DNA of 63,691 nucleotides, counting the filler, from Hyphochytrium catenoides (taxonomy: Eukaryota; Protista; Hyphochytriomycota), in assembly GCA_900088475.1 (NCBI GenBank). It is 14 parts of 14 records of this genome, joined end to end, with 100 filler letters (N's around TTAATTAATTAA, not from the genome) between each part and the next. Parts side by side here need not be neighbours in the genome. Positions count along the whole stretch, not along the records: positions 50,360 to 53,148 come from FLMG01000150.1; positions 53,249 to 54,343 come from FLMG01003277.1; positions 54,444 to 55,892 come from FLMG01001514.1; positions 55,993 to 57,156 come from FLMG01001602.1; positions 57,257 to 59,498 come from FLMG01001838.1; positions 59,599 to 62,030 come from FLMG01004062.1; positions 62,131 to 63,691 come from FLMG01004278.1; 7 more parts are not named here. The stretch is one strand, 5' to 3'. This document shows positions 51,530 to 63,691 of the stretch, piece after piece. Made by a program: the position numbers and the translations under genes. Within the stretch, counting starts at the first letter, position 1. The number at the start of each line of letters is the position of its first letter. Under the pieces are notes generated by a model, which searched no databases, was not told where the DNA came from, and worked only from the letters and a program-made list of their open reading frames with translations.

Positions 51530-51763
51530 GCCATGGACTAGAAGGCAGGAAAGCAATATTTTTGATAGTCAATGTCGTCTTATGTGTGTGCGAGGACAGG
51601 ATGTTCTCTCTCTCTCGCTCTCGCTCTCTCTTTTGTTGAAAAGGTAACGGAACAGGAATGGGCTGGACATGAAAGCTGCTGAAGAGAAGGAGAAGATCAA
51701 TAGAGAGAGAGAATAGGGAACAAGACAGAGCCATTTAACACGTGGACACGCTACGAACAAATG

Positions 51764-51802
<39 letters not shown>

Positions 51803-52301
51803 GAGTGGAACAGAGAAACAAAGCAGAGAGAGAGGGACAGAGACACCGAAGAGGGTAGAGGCAAAGGACAGAGAGAAGAGAGAGACAGAGAGGGAGACGG
51901 AGAGAGAGACAGAGAGAGGGAGATAGAGAGAGAGGATTATAGTGGGCTTAGAAACAGAGCGGGAGAGAGACGCATGATGTGGAGAAGAGTCGAGTGACCT
52001 TTCGCCTTGTAGATCCTCCCCTCTCTGTCTCTTCAAGTAAAATGCACGGCCCATTATAACCGGCTCTCTTCTTCCTCTTTGACGGACCACCGATGGCCAT
52101 CATAATGCATTCTACGTCTTTCTCCCTTTCTCTTTCTATCTCTCTTCTCGCTCTCTCCCGCGTTTCTCTCTCTCTGTGTGTCGTTTTGTCTACCGAATCC
52201 TTCTTTCTCTCTCCCGCATGTGAAAAAACCTCCCTCGATTTCTTTCTGACTCTCTTCTCCCTTCTTTGTTCTACCTGTTCTGTGGGGAACACGTTCTTCT
52301 T

Positions 52302-52332
<31 letters not shown>

Positions 52333-52584
52333 AATCGTCCACTATCTCTCTGTCTTCTTCACTCTATTTCTCTCTCGATATCTTTCTCTCTCTTTCTCCT
52401 TTATCTTTCACTCTGTCTCTCACCCGGTCTCTCTCTCTTCCCCCTTCCTCCCCTTGTATGTCAACCCCACATCCTGTGCCTTTATCTCTTCAACTTCAAG
52501 CAGTTGAGTTCTCAGCTGCTCTGTTCCCGTAGGACCACCTCACAAGATTGGCTCTCTCTCTCTCTCTGTCTCTCTCTCTCTCTC

Positions 52585-52619
<35 letters not shown>

Positions 52620-52882
52620 CTCGGCTTCTCTCTTCCAACATCCTTTATCCCTCTCGCTGCGATTGTGGGTATAGACCATTCAAAGGTCCCATCTCATTCG
52701 AGATTATGTGTCCATCGAGATGGTTCTTCTACTCTCTCTCTCTCTGTCTCTCCCTCTCTCTCTCTCCATAGCTTTCCACCCTTTCTAGGTGGCGCTTTGT
52801 GTTGAGGATGACAAATGCGAGGACAGAGGAAAGACGAGTAGAATCTGGAGAAAAGTGAGAGAGAGTGAGTGAGAGAGAGTGA

Positions 52883-52927
<45 letters not shown>

Positions 52928-53148
52928 TGTGTGTGCAAAAGAAGAATCTAGTGTCTGTTTTATTTTGAAGAGTCTTATCCACAATAAATTAGAACCCGAA
53001 TCACTTTGAATGCTCATGAAATCATGGACCTCTCGATCTCTTTTCTCTCTCCCATCCTCTCTCTCTCTCTCTCTCTTTTCTCTCTCTCCCCTTTCATTTC
53101 TCTAACTCTAGGAGACAATCTTGGCGGCTTTCTCCATGAGATCCTTCG

Positions 53149-53248
53149 NNNNNNNNNNNNNNNNNNNNNNNNNNNNNNNNNNNNNNNNNNNNTTAATTAA
53201 TTAANNNNNNNNNNNNNNNNNNNNNNNNNNNNNNNNNNNNNNNNNNNN
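53149..53248. other. Artificial scaffold-joining spacer
   Basis: N44-TTAATTAATTAA-N44. Confidence 0.97.
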
Positions 53249-54343
53249 TTATTGAGGGAGGAAACTGGAAAGAGGCACGCGCGCGTTCAAGAAGTAAGCG
53301 GTGGGGTCTGATGTCGATGATGATGAAGAGGAAGATGGTAATAGTTATCACTAATAGCAGCAGCATTGGTGGGGCAGCGTTCACCTTTCGCCTGTCTGAT
53401 TACAAGGAGTTTTGGTCGATTATCTATGTCTCCATTGTCTCCGCAAGCAACAGGCAGTGCCAATTGCGAATAACATAATAACTATTGTGATGATAACATC
53501 GGACATCTAGTAGTAGACGACCCCTGTCGTAGCGTCGTCGTCGCTGTTCGTCATCGTCGATGACTCACTCTTGGTATGCCGAAAGAGAGAACAAAGATTG
53601 TTCCAGTCCTTGCAATGATGATGATACACCTCGACTTGTGCTGCTGAATTGTAAGGAGCACACAGTGTAGTAGGCACGGTCGTCTTGTGTTGGTGGACAA
53701 GTTGGCGTGCTATTGGCCTTGTTGGTAGAGAGATTTCTTATACTACGGCGCTTAGTCGGAGAAAACGGGCGAAGAACGTGGTGTCCATTTTGCAGAAAGT
53801 ACTCCATCCTGAAGCTTGCATACCACGCTAGACGAAATTTTTTTTTTATAAGTGTCGTGGAAGAGGCAAAGAGAGGACCGATACGTCTTGCTGATGATAG
53901 CCATAGCGCTGCACCACGCGAGTGGCGGACGCTGATTGCTACATTCTTTCCTTACAGTGTGTTGCTGTTGTCAAGCTGATGCAACCGTTTTATATCGCCT
54001 AACAAAAAGAAGACTGTTTAAACCAGATAGCTAGCAGGCACTTGATATACTCATGGTGATTGCTCTACAATCTTCAGCCAATAAGGACGCACCAATGAAC
54101 TTTTTCGTCTGAAGAAGAACCAAGAACGAACCGCTGTGGATTCTATCTGAGCAACACCTAACGCCTTAAAGAGACCAAAATGAGATCTAACCACCAGATC
54201 GGGGTGTATGTCTTCCTCATAAGGGAGCGGAGCCTTCAATAAGAATGCCACCGGCCAGAGGAGTTGAAGCATTGAAGAACTCGATATGGGCGGTCTACTA
54301 TTTACTCCAAGTATAAACCTTCCTTGGTGAAGAAGAGCCTCGC

Positions 54344-54443
54344 NNNNNNNNNNNNNNNNNNNNNNNNNNNNNNNNNNNNNNNNNNNNTTAATTAATTAAN
54401 NNNNNNNNNNNNNNNNNNNNNNNNNNNNNNNNNNNNNNNNNNN
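54344..54443. other. Artificial scaffold-joining spacer
   Basis: N44-TTAATTAATTAA-N44. Confidence 0.97.
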
Positions 54444-54575
54444 TCTACGTTGGAGAAGTCAAGACGAGCTCTTCCCTTCGGCTCTTCCTCAGCCGCTGGA
54501 TCGAAGAGTCTCGCGAAGTGGCTGTAGCGAGACATCCAAGAGAGACAGTCAGCGAGAGAAGAGAGAGAGAAAAAA

Positions 54576-54610
<35 letters not shown>

Positions 54611-54704
54611 AAGAGAGAGAGAAAGAGAGAGATCACCAAAGTAAGAGAAAGCTCGGCCACAGTACAGAAAATAGCTATACTGGGGAGAGGGAGAGAAACA
54701 GAGA

Positions 54705-54759
<55 letters not shown>

Positions 54760-54945
54760 AAAAAGGGTACGAAGATAGCTAGCAATAAGTCAAATGAGAC
54801 CACACCTCGAGAGGGAGGCAAGCAGGCAGCGGTGTCCGTAAGTCTCTTCATTGTTTTTGCAGAGAAAGGTGACGTCTGCGTATCTCCTGCTGTTCGCCAA
54901 CTCTCGGAGACCTGTCCGAGCTCGATCTGCGTGGCTCATGTCAGC
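54444..54945 (-). CDS. BTB/POZ domain protein, partial
   Basis: Exons 54945-54806 and 54521-54444 splice to MSHADRARTGLRELANSRRYADVTFLCKNNEETYGHRCLLASLSSHFARLFDPAAEEEPKGRARLDFSNV, the BTB pattern DVTF...HRxxLAxxSxxFxxLF; absent from the ORF track. Confidence 0.85.
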
Positions 54946-55614
54946 NNNNNNNNNNNNNNNNNNNNNNNNNNNNNNNNNNNNNNNNNNGATGATGAGATGA
55001 GAATTTACACGTAGCTAAGTGGCAGCTAGGGCAGGGATAGACAGGGAGGAAGAGAAAGAGAGAGAGAAAGAGAGAGAGAAAGAGAGACGTTGTTTTGATC
55101 TCTGTCCTCGCGTCGGGTGACTGTACCTTGGAAAGGAAAGCTCTTCCCTTTAGCGTCTGAGAGGCTTGGGATGGTTCTGGACGATCAAGGGAGCTGTCTG
55201 CGCACTGTTGGACTGATGAGAGACTTGGAATGGATGCGGAAACTTGAACAGTGTCTCCTCTCTCTCGATGAGTCTCCGCCTTTCTCCTTAGCCTGTTCTT
55301 TTTCGTCTTTGCTCTTTCTCTCTCTCTCTCTCTCTCACTCTCTCTCTCTCTTTGTCTTACTCTCTTTCTTTCTGTCCTTCCTTGTCTTCGGCCTACCTCT
55401 CTCTCTCTTGCTTTCTTACAATTTGGTCTCTCTCTCCATTGCTCGCTCTCATGGTCAAATCCTTCGCTGCACCGCCATGGAAGGCTCTTCCTTGGTTGTC
55501 CCTAGCTCTTTCTTCATTCCTTTCTTCTGTTTCTAACTTTCTCTCTCTCTCTTTTGCTCTCTCTCTCTCCATTACTCTCTCTCTCTTTCACTCTCTCTCT
55601 CTTTCTCTCTCTCT

Positions 55615-55653
<39 letters not shown>

Positions 55654-55892
55654 TGGCAACAAGCGACAAGGACAGGAGCAGCTGAAGAGACAGGCGAGTG
55701 CTCTATCAGATGCCCTCACTTCCACTTCCTTCTCTACCTTCCTCTCTCCTCTTTTCTCGCTCTTTCTTTTTCTCTCTCCTTCCTAGCATCTTCTTTCTCT
55801 GCTCGCTCTCCCCTTCCCCCTCTCTACTCGCTCTTGCTTTTCTCGCTCTCTGTCTCGAGATCTTCTTCCCCTTTCCCTTTCTCTCTCTCTCT

Positions 55893-55992
55893 NNNNNNNN
55901 NNNNNNNNNNNNNNNNNNNNNNNNNNNNNNNNNNNNTTAATTAATTAANNNNNNNNNNNNNNNNNNNNNNNNNNNNNNNNNNNNNNNNNNNN
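55893..55992. other. Artificial scaffold-joining spacer
   Basis: N44-TTAATTAATTAA-N44. Confidence 0.97.
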
Positions 55993-55993
55993 T

Positions 55994-57156
55994 GCAATTG
56001 AAAGTGACGTCTTCAACTTCTTACTCCCACCACAACGTGACGAGTTAGACTCACTTAGCTCTCAATTCAAAATTGTCCAAGGCCCGCAAAATGGCTCTAC
56101 CTTGTACCAAGGAGAACTCTACCGGTTTACGTTAAGCTTGAAGCTTGACGCCGGAGTCCATCTCATGACGTCAAATTGCTCCTTGGAGGTAACGACTGAC
56201 AACAATCTTATAGCGTTTAACGTTTCTAGTCCAGCTAGAAGAATCACACTATCGGCGTCAACTCGCGAGGGCTGGTCCGGCTTTGATTTCAGTTTCGGTA
56301 TCCCTCTCTCGGCCGAGTTGACAAAGTCAATGTACGTGGAGCGCCTCATTTTCACACTGAACCCACCGTGCAGCTTTACCCAACCCCATCCCGTCTCCAA
56401 GATCTGTATGAGCTACTTTATACAGCCAATGATTGACGCAGGAGGTGCTACAGTACGCGTCGTGACGTCTCCTTGGACGGCGATGTCTTTCATCCACGTG
56501 ACAGTGCCAGCTCCTCCTGTCACACCAATCTTTCTGATGCTAGGTCGGCAGAACGGCACTTCCCTAGAGCCTCTAGTCCTAGATCCTAGAGATTCCAGAT
56601 ACTCGCCCTATGGCCTCCATGGGACGGTTCTTACTGGCCATTTCTGGCTCAGAACAGTCCGTTGGGCTGTAATGAAAAACAATTCGTCCACTTCACATTT
56701 GGATCTGTTAATCTCTACGATGAAGCAGGGCTATCCCACTGAGGACCTCAAGGCCAATAGGGCATTCTATCCTGACCTAAGGAGAGCATGTCACCTCTCG
56801 ACATTAGAGAGTTTGGCAGACAACGATCTAGAGAATCTTCTGTCGTGCCCTCTGCCGGATACTAGTCTAGGCGTCAACCCTTGCGCGACTGCAGTGTGCC
56901 AAAGACTATGTGTCGATGGATCCTGCAACCCCCTTAGCACTCCGTGTCTGCTGCAAGTTGCTAGGTACTGTGCCTACCTAAACCAGTCTAGCCCTCATTG
57001 TCAGACACCGGTCACTAGGAGCTTGGTCTCAGCTCTAACAGATATCTCGACCAATTGCTCCCGCAGCATTGAAGTACAGCCAGCAGGGCAGTATAGCTTC
57101 GACAATGTATTGGTGTTCACCGCTGGACTAATGGACGGGATGGTTGTGGACCATGG
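55994..57156 (+). CDS. Internal fragment of a large, probably extracellular protein with a Cys-rich module
   Basis: One frame is open across the entire scaffold (~387 codons); several N-x-S/T sequons; Cys cluster CPLP...CATAVCQRLCVDGSCNPLSTPCLLQVARYC...HC. Confidence 0.8.
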
Positions 57157-57256
57157 NNNNNNNNNNNNNNNNNNNNNNNNNNNNNNNNNNNNNNNNNNNN
57201 TTAATTAATTAANNNNNNNNNNNNNNNNNNNNNNNNNNNNNNNNNNNNNNNNNNNN
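57157..57256. other. Artificial scaffold-joining spacer
   Basis: N44-TTAATTAATTAA-N44. Confidence 0.97.
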
Positions 57257-57404
57257 AGAGAGAGAGAGAAAAGGCGAGAGAGACACAAAAACGAAATCGC
57301 AAGAGGGATGAGAAGAGTCAGAGAAAGAAAAAGAGAAAAAGAGAGAGGGAGACAAAAGAGCCAAGAGGGGAAGAGAGTGAGAAGATAGCCTGGCGATTAT
57401 GAAC

Positions 57405-57467
57405 CTTGAGAAGGTGATCCTGTCCTTCGCGGGTCAAATAAGCCCTGAGATCTGCCGCCAGTGCCAT
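57405..57467 (-). CDS. First exon of a UDP-sugar/UDP-GlcNAc pyrophosphorylase-like gene (copy A)
   Basis: MALAADLRAYLTREGQDHLLK followed by a GT donor; matches the UAP/USP N-terminal LxxxLxxxGQxHL motif; only 21 aa visible. Confidence 0.5.
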
Positions 57468-57801
57468 GACTCCAATCTCTCCCCTCTTTTCTTCTGCTCC
57501 CCTTCGCTTCTTGCAGAACTGTCTCCCCTGCCGCTCCCCTTCCCCTATCTCTGTGTCCCCGAAGAAGGTGCAGAGAGAAAGAGAGAGAGACCGGCACGGT
57601 TCAGCAGAGCTCACTATATCTCCATGGAGATGGGAAGAAAGGTTACGAAGTTAGCGCTGTGCCTGCCGCGCTGCTGTTATGCGGAGAGGAGGAGAAATGT
57701 AGCTAGCTACAGGGACATCCTAGAAGCCACGGGCAATAGAAGAGCACCACCTCCTTTGGAGAGAGAGAAAGAGAGAAAGAGAGAGAGAGCGAGAGAGCAA
57801 G

Positions 57802-57836
<35 letters not shown>

Positions 57837-58720
57837 GAGAGAGAGAGAGAGCGAGAGAGCGAGAGAGAGAGGGAGAAAGAGAGAGAAAGGGAGAGAGGGA
57901 GAGAGAAAGGGACAGAGAGAGAGAGAGAGAGAGAGAGAAAGGAGAGAGAGAGAGAGAGAGAGAGAAGTAGAAGAGGAAACCAACTGGTTCTATAATTCAC
58001 ACACAGCAACTCCAAAATGACGATTCATCTACTAACATAAAGAGCCGCTAACGACCCTTAGACTTAAGTAAGCCAAGTCCCTTTCAGAGGCCTTACTTGT
58101 ACTTGCCTCGTGAAGTCCGTGCTTTCCAAATTTTGCGACCTCTGTTCTTGAGCGTCTTTTCAATTCTTCCCAGGAACTCTTCAACAAGAACTGATACTTA
58201 TTCTACTTGTACCTGTTATTAGGGGGACAAGTGGTACTGTACAAGCTGCAGCTGTAGTTGCCATGAGAAGGGCCGATATTTTGAATGTGGTATAAGTATA
58301 TCGATGGCCTACCCAATAACTAAATGTCCATATTCAGGATATGCTTCCCACTGACCACTGACCGTTTTATGGTGGGATCTTTTTGCACAAGCTGCGATCT
58401 GCAACAGAGAGAGAGAGAGAGAGAGAGANNNNNNNNNNNNNNNNNNNNNNNNNNNTTCCAGAGACCAGATTCCTATCTTCACATCTCCGTTGCGAGAAAC
58501 TGTGGCGCAGACATAAAGTCTCAGGATCAGCGAGTGCCAAGAGTTCATCGCCTTGCAATTGACCATAACGAGACAGGTTAGTTGGCTGCTGTTTCTTTAT
58601 GGGCCTCAAGGATTTATGAGAAATGGCTCTGGGAGGAAGATTCATCAGGGAAGAGGGAGACAGAGCAGGAACTGCTGGAGAAGAGCAGACAGATGGTGAT
58701 ATAGACGCTAGAGGCAACTT

Positions 58721-58779
<59 letters not shown>

Positions 58780-58815
58780 GGGTGGACTGACTGGAGTCTC
58801 TCTCCAGTGAGAAAC

Positions 58816-59498
58816 ATGGCTAGTACAACGTTGATTCCCGCTGAGTTGCGCGCCCGCTATGAAGCAGCGGGACAAGGTCACGTCTTCAAGGTTGTGGAGA
58901 CGTTGCGTGGCTCTTTCCTCCTACAGAGGCGTTATCTCTCTCTATCTTTTCTATCATCTTTCTTTCTCTTACATGCTTTCTTCATACAGGGAATCTTTCT
59001 CTCCCTTGCCGTGTCATCTACTCGTGATGTCTGCGTCACTCTCTCTCTCTCCTTCGACTGCTCGGTGCGGGTCCAACGCTATGTCTCTCTCCTTTAGGCC
59101 TGGATTCCTTCTCCTCTTCTATTCTGTTCCCTCGTTCTCCAGCCCTCATGCTGCTGATACGATGCTTATCCTTTCTTCCCCTAGTGGGTGGATGCTGGCA
59201 AAGTGACTGAGGAGGACGCCAAGCGGCTGGTTCAGCAGGTTTTAATGCCTTATCTCTTTATTTCCCTCTCTTTCTCTCCCTCTCTCTCTCTCGCTGTGTT
59301 TCTCTGTCTGTTTCTGTCTCTCTCTCTCTCATCGCACGTTCCTCACTTGCTTCATATTCCACCGGATCGCCCTTGCTGACTTTCCCGTTATCGACTCTTG
59401 GTTGCTACTCCTTAACGCTTTTCTTTCTCCCTCTTCTCTTCATAACCTCTCTTTCTCTCTCTCTCCAATTTGCAGCTGGAGCTCTTAGACTTGGACAA
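58816..59498 (+). CDS. UDP-N-acetylglucosamine/UDP-sugar pyrophosphorylase-like gene, 5' portion (copy B)
   Basis: Exons 58816-58890, 59185-59238 and 59476-59498: MASTTLIPAELRARYEAAGQGHVFK|WVDAGKVTEEDAKRLVQQ|LELLDLD, the UAP1-type N-terminus (GQxHxFxxW...LxxQLxxLD). Confidence 0.75.
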
Positions 59499-59598
59499 NN
59501 NNNNNNNNNNNNNNNNNNNNNNNNNNNNNNNNNNNNNNNNNNTTAATTAATTAANNNNNNNNNNNNNNNNNNNNNNNNNNNNNNNNNNNNNNNNNNNN
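59499..59598. other. Artificial scaffold-joining spacer
   Basis: N44-TTAATTAATTAA-N44. Confidence 0.97.
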
Positions 59599-59813
59599 CT
59601 CTTTGAATGACAAGAAAGTGTATGCTTGGCTGTGCTAGCGTGCCAGAGTGATCATGAGACTTTGTTGTGCATCAGGTTCCTGGCCATATGAGTGCATCCA
59701 GCTTTATCTGTACCCTAGCCTCTTCTTTGGAGCGCCCCTCTCTCTCTCTGTTCTGGCTTCACGAAGGTGCTCCCTCTCTCACATCATTTGTCCGTCTTTT
59801 TCTGACCTTCCAG

Positions 59814-60029
59814 TATCTAGAGACGCTGCTCAGTAGAGTGGCTGTGTGGGTACCAGATGCTGCGAGCTGTATTCTTTTCCTGTCGGCTGATGTCCCGCTT
59901 TTGAGGAGTGATATGTCTATAAAACTGATGACCGGGTATAAAGAGTTCAACTACGAGTTCCTAGCGACAGGCATCCTCAATCATCCCGCTATGCTCGACT
60001 ATCATCAAGGCGAAGAACGGGATAGGTGA
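59814..60029 (+). CDS. Probable exon of an unidentified protein
   Basis: Protein-like YLETLLSRVAVWVPD...YEFLATGILNHPAMLDYH after a pyrimidine tract and CAG. Confidence 0.3.
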   Translation, partial: YLETLLSRVAVWVPDAASCILFLSADVPLLRSDMSIKLMTGYKEFNYEFLATGILNHPAMLDYHQGEERDR

Positions 60030-62030
60030 AGATTTGGAGGGCAAAACGGGAAAGGATAAGAAAGAACAATCCTGTTGCATTGGAGAGTGAAAAGGATAGT
60101 TGCAGTGTGTGGGAGACAGAAAGGGGAGAGGATAAGAGAGAGCGAGGAGTACCTAAAAGTCCAATAGATAGAGAGCTGCGTCTAATATAGGTACTCTAGC
60201 TAGGAAGAGCTGGCGCTTTGCGAATCGTCAAACAATAGTGGGAAGATTGGGCACTCTGATGATGAGCCTTGATGAGCTAAGAAATGGTACCACGGATAAC
60301 GCTGATGAGTGATCACTCGAAGTGTCATACCACTAGAAGTGGCATCGGAGCATCGGAGATGTACAGTCCGATTGTGAGATGATACAGAGGCTGGGTCTGA
60401 AGCTCAAACGACTGGCCGCTAGTTCCTTCAACTCAAATATCGTTTACCAAGAGACTGTACCGTCTCCCAGACTAAGATTTGGTGCTCATCAAGCATTTAC
60501 TCTACATGGAACAGCTCCTGGGCCATAACCCAAACAAACACTAGATAGTGATGTCCCGACCACGACGACGGCTTGCATCACGTTGAACAACCTACACATC
60601 TGCACATGTGGTTCTTGTTGCCTATGTGGACAAGTTTAGAGATCTAGAGGCTTTTTACCGCGTGTGTGACTAGACAAACCTCTCATAGTCAGTACCCTAG
60701 GCCGATGAAGAGGCTCCTAGGAAGGGCCATGTTCTAGATTTGGAGTTGGAGTTATACGGTAGGGGCTTCTGATAGGGCAGTCCGACTCTCACGTGGACTT
60801 CAGCAGAGGGGGTAACAGCGTGATGATAGAAGTTTGATGTTTACCCCTCACCTGACTCCTAGTAACTTTAAGTACGTTCAGCGTCCAACTGATCGAGCTA
60901 CGGCGGCCTCTGAAGTGATGGAGAGTCGATTCGTCCCGCAGCAATAGAGGATGCTCTATAGTACATGGGGAAAAAAAAGGGGAGGACAAGAGGTGACAGC
61001 TCAGCATCGGGAGTTGCTGTCCTCGGGAACTCCCATGAAAGCCATCATCATGCAGTAACTCATGAGTTCTACAGGCTATTCTAACGTAATAGAAAGAGGG
61101 ATGGGATGCAGTTCAAGGTAGGGAGGAAAGAGTGGTGAAGAGAAGAGTTACGGAGAGGAGGAGAACGAAGCCAGGCCTAGAAGATGGCAAGCAATGTAAC
61201 ANNNNNNNNNNNNNNNNNNNNNNNNNNNNNNNNNNNNNNNNNNNNNNNNNNNNNNNTAGACCAGGAAACGAAGCTTTTGTGGTAAGAACAATTCTGTTTA
61301 CTCATCTTTGTTATAGAACCCTCTAAATAAGATGCTTGGGGCTGATGCCTTCTTCTTCATGTTATCGGATGGTAGACAAGGAGGCGGAGGAGAAAGCGGA
61401 GAAGATTGACGTCAGTCAAGGGTACAATTGAAGGTATATGGACCTGGCTGTGAATGATGAATGATGAGTACACCGAACCGCCTTTCAAGCAGGGCGTTTT
61501 GGTGCGTTATGAAGCCCTCCTCTATGGCCGAGGCGGTTGAGAGATAGATCGCCTTTGTCACGAATCTTCCTAGAAGGACTTTGTGAGTCCTGTGTGAGTA
61601 GTTTGCGTTGCTCTCACCACCAACTCCATGAGGGATCGATTCGCTTTCTCTGCAGCAAGATCAATGTACTAAGGAGACTATGAAGAAGTAGTGTTTATGG
61701 TCGTGTTTGATGCTCGTCCGCTCATAGCGGGGAGAGATCTCTTCATTGACAGACTCTGCACACACATGACTTGTTGATGATGATGATGTTCTCATCGTCT
61801 CCACAGCTGTCGTGAGTCTTGATAGCGCCTCTCCCTTTCCTGGAACCATCTGCGCAAACTGTGCTTGCAAGTATTGCAGATAAGTCAACACCCTTCTAAG
61901 CAAGCACTACGAGCCTCGGAGGCCAACTCTTGGCACTACTACCTTCTACCAAGTTTATGCCCAAGTCGCTACCAGCATGCTGCTAACATAGCTTGAACAG
62001 AGTAAACAAAGAGACAGGCAAGAGTTCTTG

Positions 62031-62130
62031 NNNNNNNNNNNNNNNNNNNNNNNNNNNNNNNNNNNNNNNNNNNNTTAATTAATTAANNNNNNNNNNNNNN
62101 NNNNNNNNNNNNNNNNNNNNNNNNNNNNNN
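62031..62130. other. Artificial scaffold-joining spacer
   Basis: N44-TTAATTAATTAA-N44. Confidence 0.97.
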
Positions 62131-62465
62131 GAATCTGTTCCAGCCCCACAGCCAAGATCTATCGCCAAGGGAGGGAGAGAGAGAGAAAGAGAAGGAGAGA
62201 GAGCAGCGTCGGGGCACAGACTAGCTCTTCCCTGTGTTTCTCTCGTCTTGGCGTCCCATAACGTGAGGGCGAGAAGAAGAAGAGAAGACGGCTTCTGTTC
62301 CCTTTCCGCCTCTCTCAGGTAGACTTGAAACACTCTCTCAGCTGTTAACAAAGAAAGAGAGAGAGCTTGCACTTCGTCTTCCTCTTCCTCTTCTTCTTCT
62401 TCTTCGTCTGTAGAAGAGAAAGAGACACCGGAGGACCAGCTGCCGTCTCTCTCCTCTCTTGACAT
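62131..62465 (-). CDS. Class I SAM-dependent methyltransferase, 5' fragment
   Basis: Ends in motif I LAIDLGCGAGTD at the scaffold edge, preceded by PSSLLLLAL. Confidence 0.65.
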
Positions 62466-63121
62466 TACGCTGCTCTCTTCTATCCTATGAAGGCAGGAGA
62501 GAGAGCAGGTCCTTTTGAAGGAAGCGGAGGTTTGCCCGCCAGCGGCTTAGGGAGAGTTTGCCTCATAGTGTTAAACTTGAAAGTTTGTGCTGGGAAAGAG
62601 CGAAAAGAGAAAAGGCGATAAGAAGCTCACTTCTGAAGCTTTCTGTCTGAGAGACAGCGCCAGCTGGTGGTGGGAGAGAGAACGGAGAGAGAGGAAGGAA
62701 GGAAGGGAGGGAGANNNNNNNNNNNNNNNNNNNNNNNNNNNNNNNNNNNNNNNNNNNNNNNNNNNNNNNNNNNNNNNNNNNNNNNNNNNNNNNNNNNNNN
62801 NNNNGAAAAAAGAGAGAGAGAAAAAAGAGAGAGAGAGAAAAGAGAGAGAGAGAGAAAGAACAGAGAGAGAGAGAGAAAAGAGAGAGAGAGAGAAAAGAGA
62901 GAGAGAGAAAAGAGAGAGAGAGAGAGAACAGAGGGAAGAGGCAAGGAGGGAGACAAGGAGAGAGACCAGGAGGAGAGAGAGACAGAGAAAAGACCTGGCA
63001 AGAAGCAAGAAGCGGCAGAATGACGGAGAAAAGATCACATCAGGAATAATCTAGCAGTCAACACCTATGATAACTATGGAAGTTAACAGTAACGCCTTTT
63101 AGCTTGAGATTTTAGTACCTG

Positions 63122-63178
<57 letters not shown>

Positions 63179-63691
63179 ACACACACACACATTTTCTGTC
63201 TTGTTCTGTCTCTTGATGGCCTTCGTCTTTTTCTTTGAAAAGATTTGCCCTGGTGGCATCAGAGTCATCAGTCTCTTTCGCGTTGTCTTCTCCTTCATCA
63301 GGTGCCCCTTTCTCCTTCCTCTCTCCGCCAGAACAGCCTCTTTTTCCCAAGAGCGTGAGAAGAGCGAAAGAGAGAAGACACGGACAGAAAAGAAAAGCGA
63401 GCGCTGGGAACTTCAGTCACGAGCGAGGAAGAGAGAGAGCACAGACATTCTTCCGTGCCAGAGGCAGAGGGACGGAGGAAAACTTTAGAGCGGAAGGCAG
63501 TGGCGAAGGTAGACAAGGCGAGACATATAGAAGGGAAGAGAGAGAGAGAGAATTAGGAAAACGGTAAGAAAGAACCAAGAGAGAGAGAGAAAGAAAAGCA
63601 GGAGCGAGAGAGAGAAAACCAGGAGAGAGAGAGACAGAGAGAGACGAAGCACAATGAGCAGCAGCTCATTTGCCCTGGAGCCTTCCTCCTC

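Noticed and set aside
53249-54343. Degenerate ORFs as a retroelement or transposase remnant
   Set aside because: No RT, integrase, DDE or RuvC motif could be identified
61369-61460. EAEEKAEKID (V-ATPase E-like) and KVYGPG (filamin-like) snippets
   Set aside because: Short matches in different frames followed at once by stops; consistent with chance

Overview
Eukaryotic nuclear DNA with spliceosomal introns and very abundant (CT/GA)n microsatellite; a stramenopile-like protist or alga is plausible but not provable here. The window is not contiguous: 13 artificial 100-bp spacers (N44-TTAATTAATTAA-N44) join 14 scaffolds. Recognisable spliced genes are CHMP2/Vps2 (partial), SERP1/RAMP4, a MANF/ARMET-like ER protein, canonical poly(A) polymerase, APC1, an alpha/beta-hydrolase 3' end, LSm4, prefoldin 5, Vps36 (partial), a BTB/POZ protein, two head-to-head UDP-sugar pyrophosphorylase-like 5' ends and a SAM methyltransferase 5' end. 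Two accessory loci stand out. (1) An island at about 40-47 kb holds an intronless secreted prepropeptide (signal peptide, acidic pro-region, RxL/RHLRRRL processing sites, cationic 73-aa six-Cys peptide), decayed fragments resembling its pro-region on both strands, and a non-coding ~135-bp tandem array. (2) A gene for a trypsin-fold serine protease without a signal peptide (28.7-30.2 kb) is broken by putative 31-40-nt micro-introns and one frameshift, and faces a convergent ORF sharing a DESGWxDN motif. Most ORF-track entries are microsatellite read-through artefacts. All gene models and alignments were made by eye; no database search was run.
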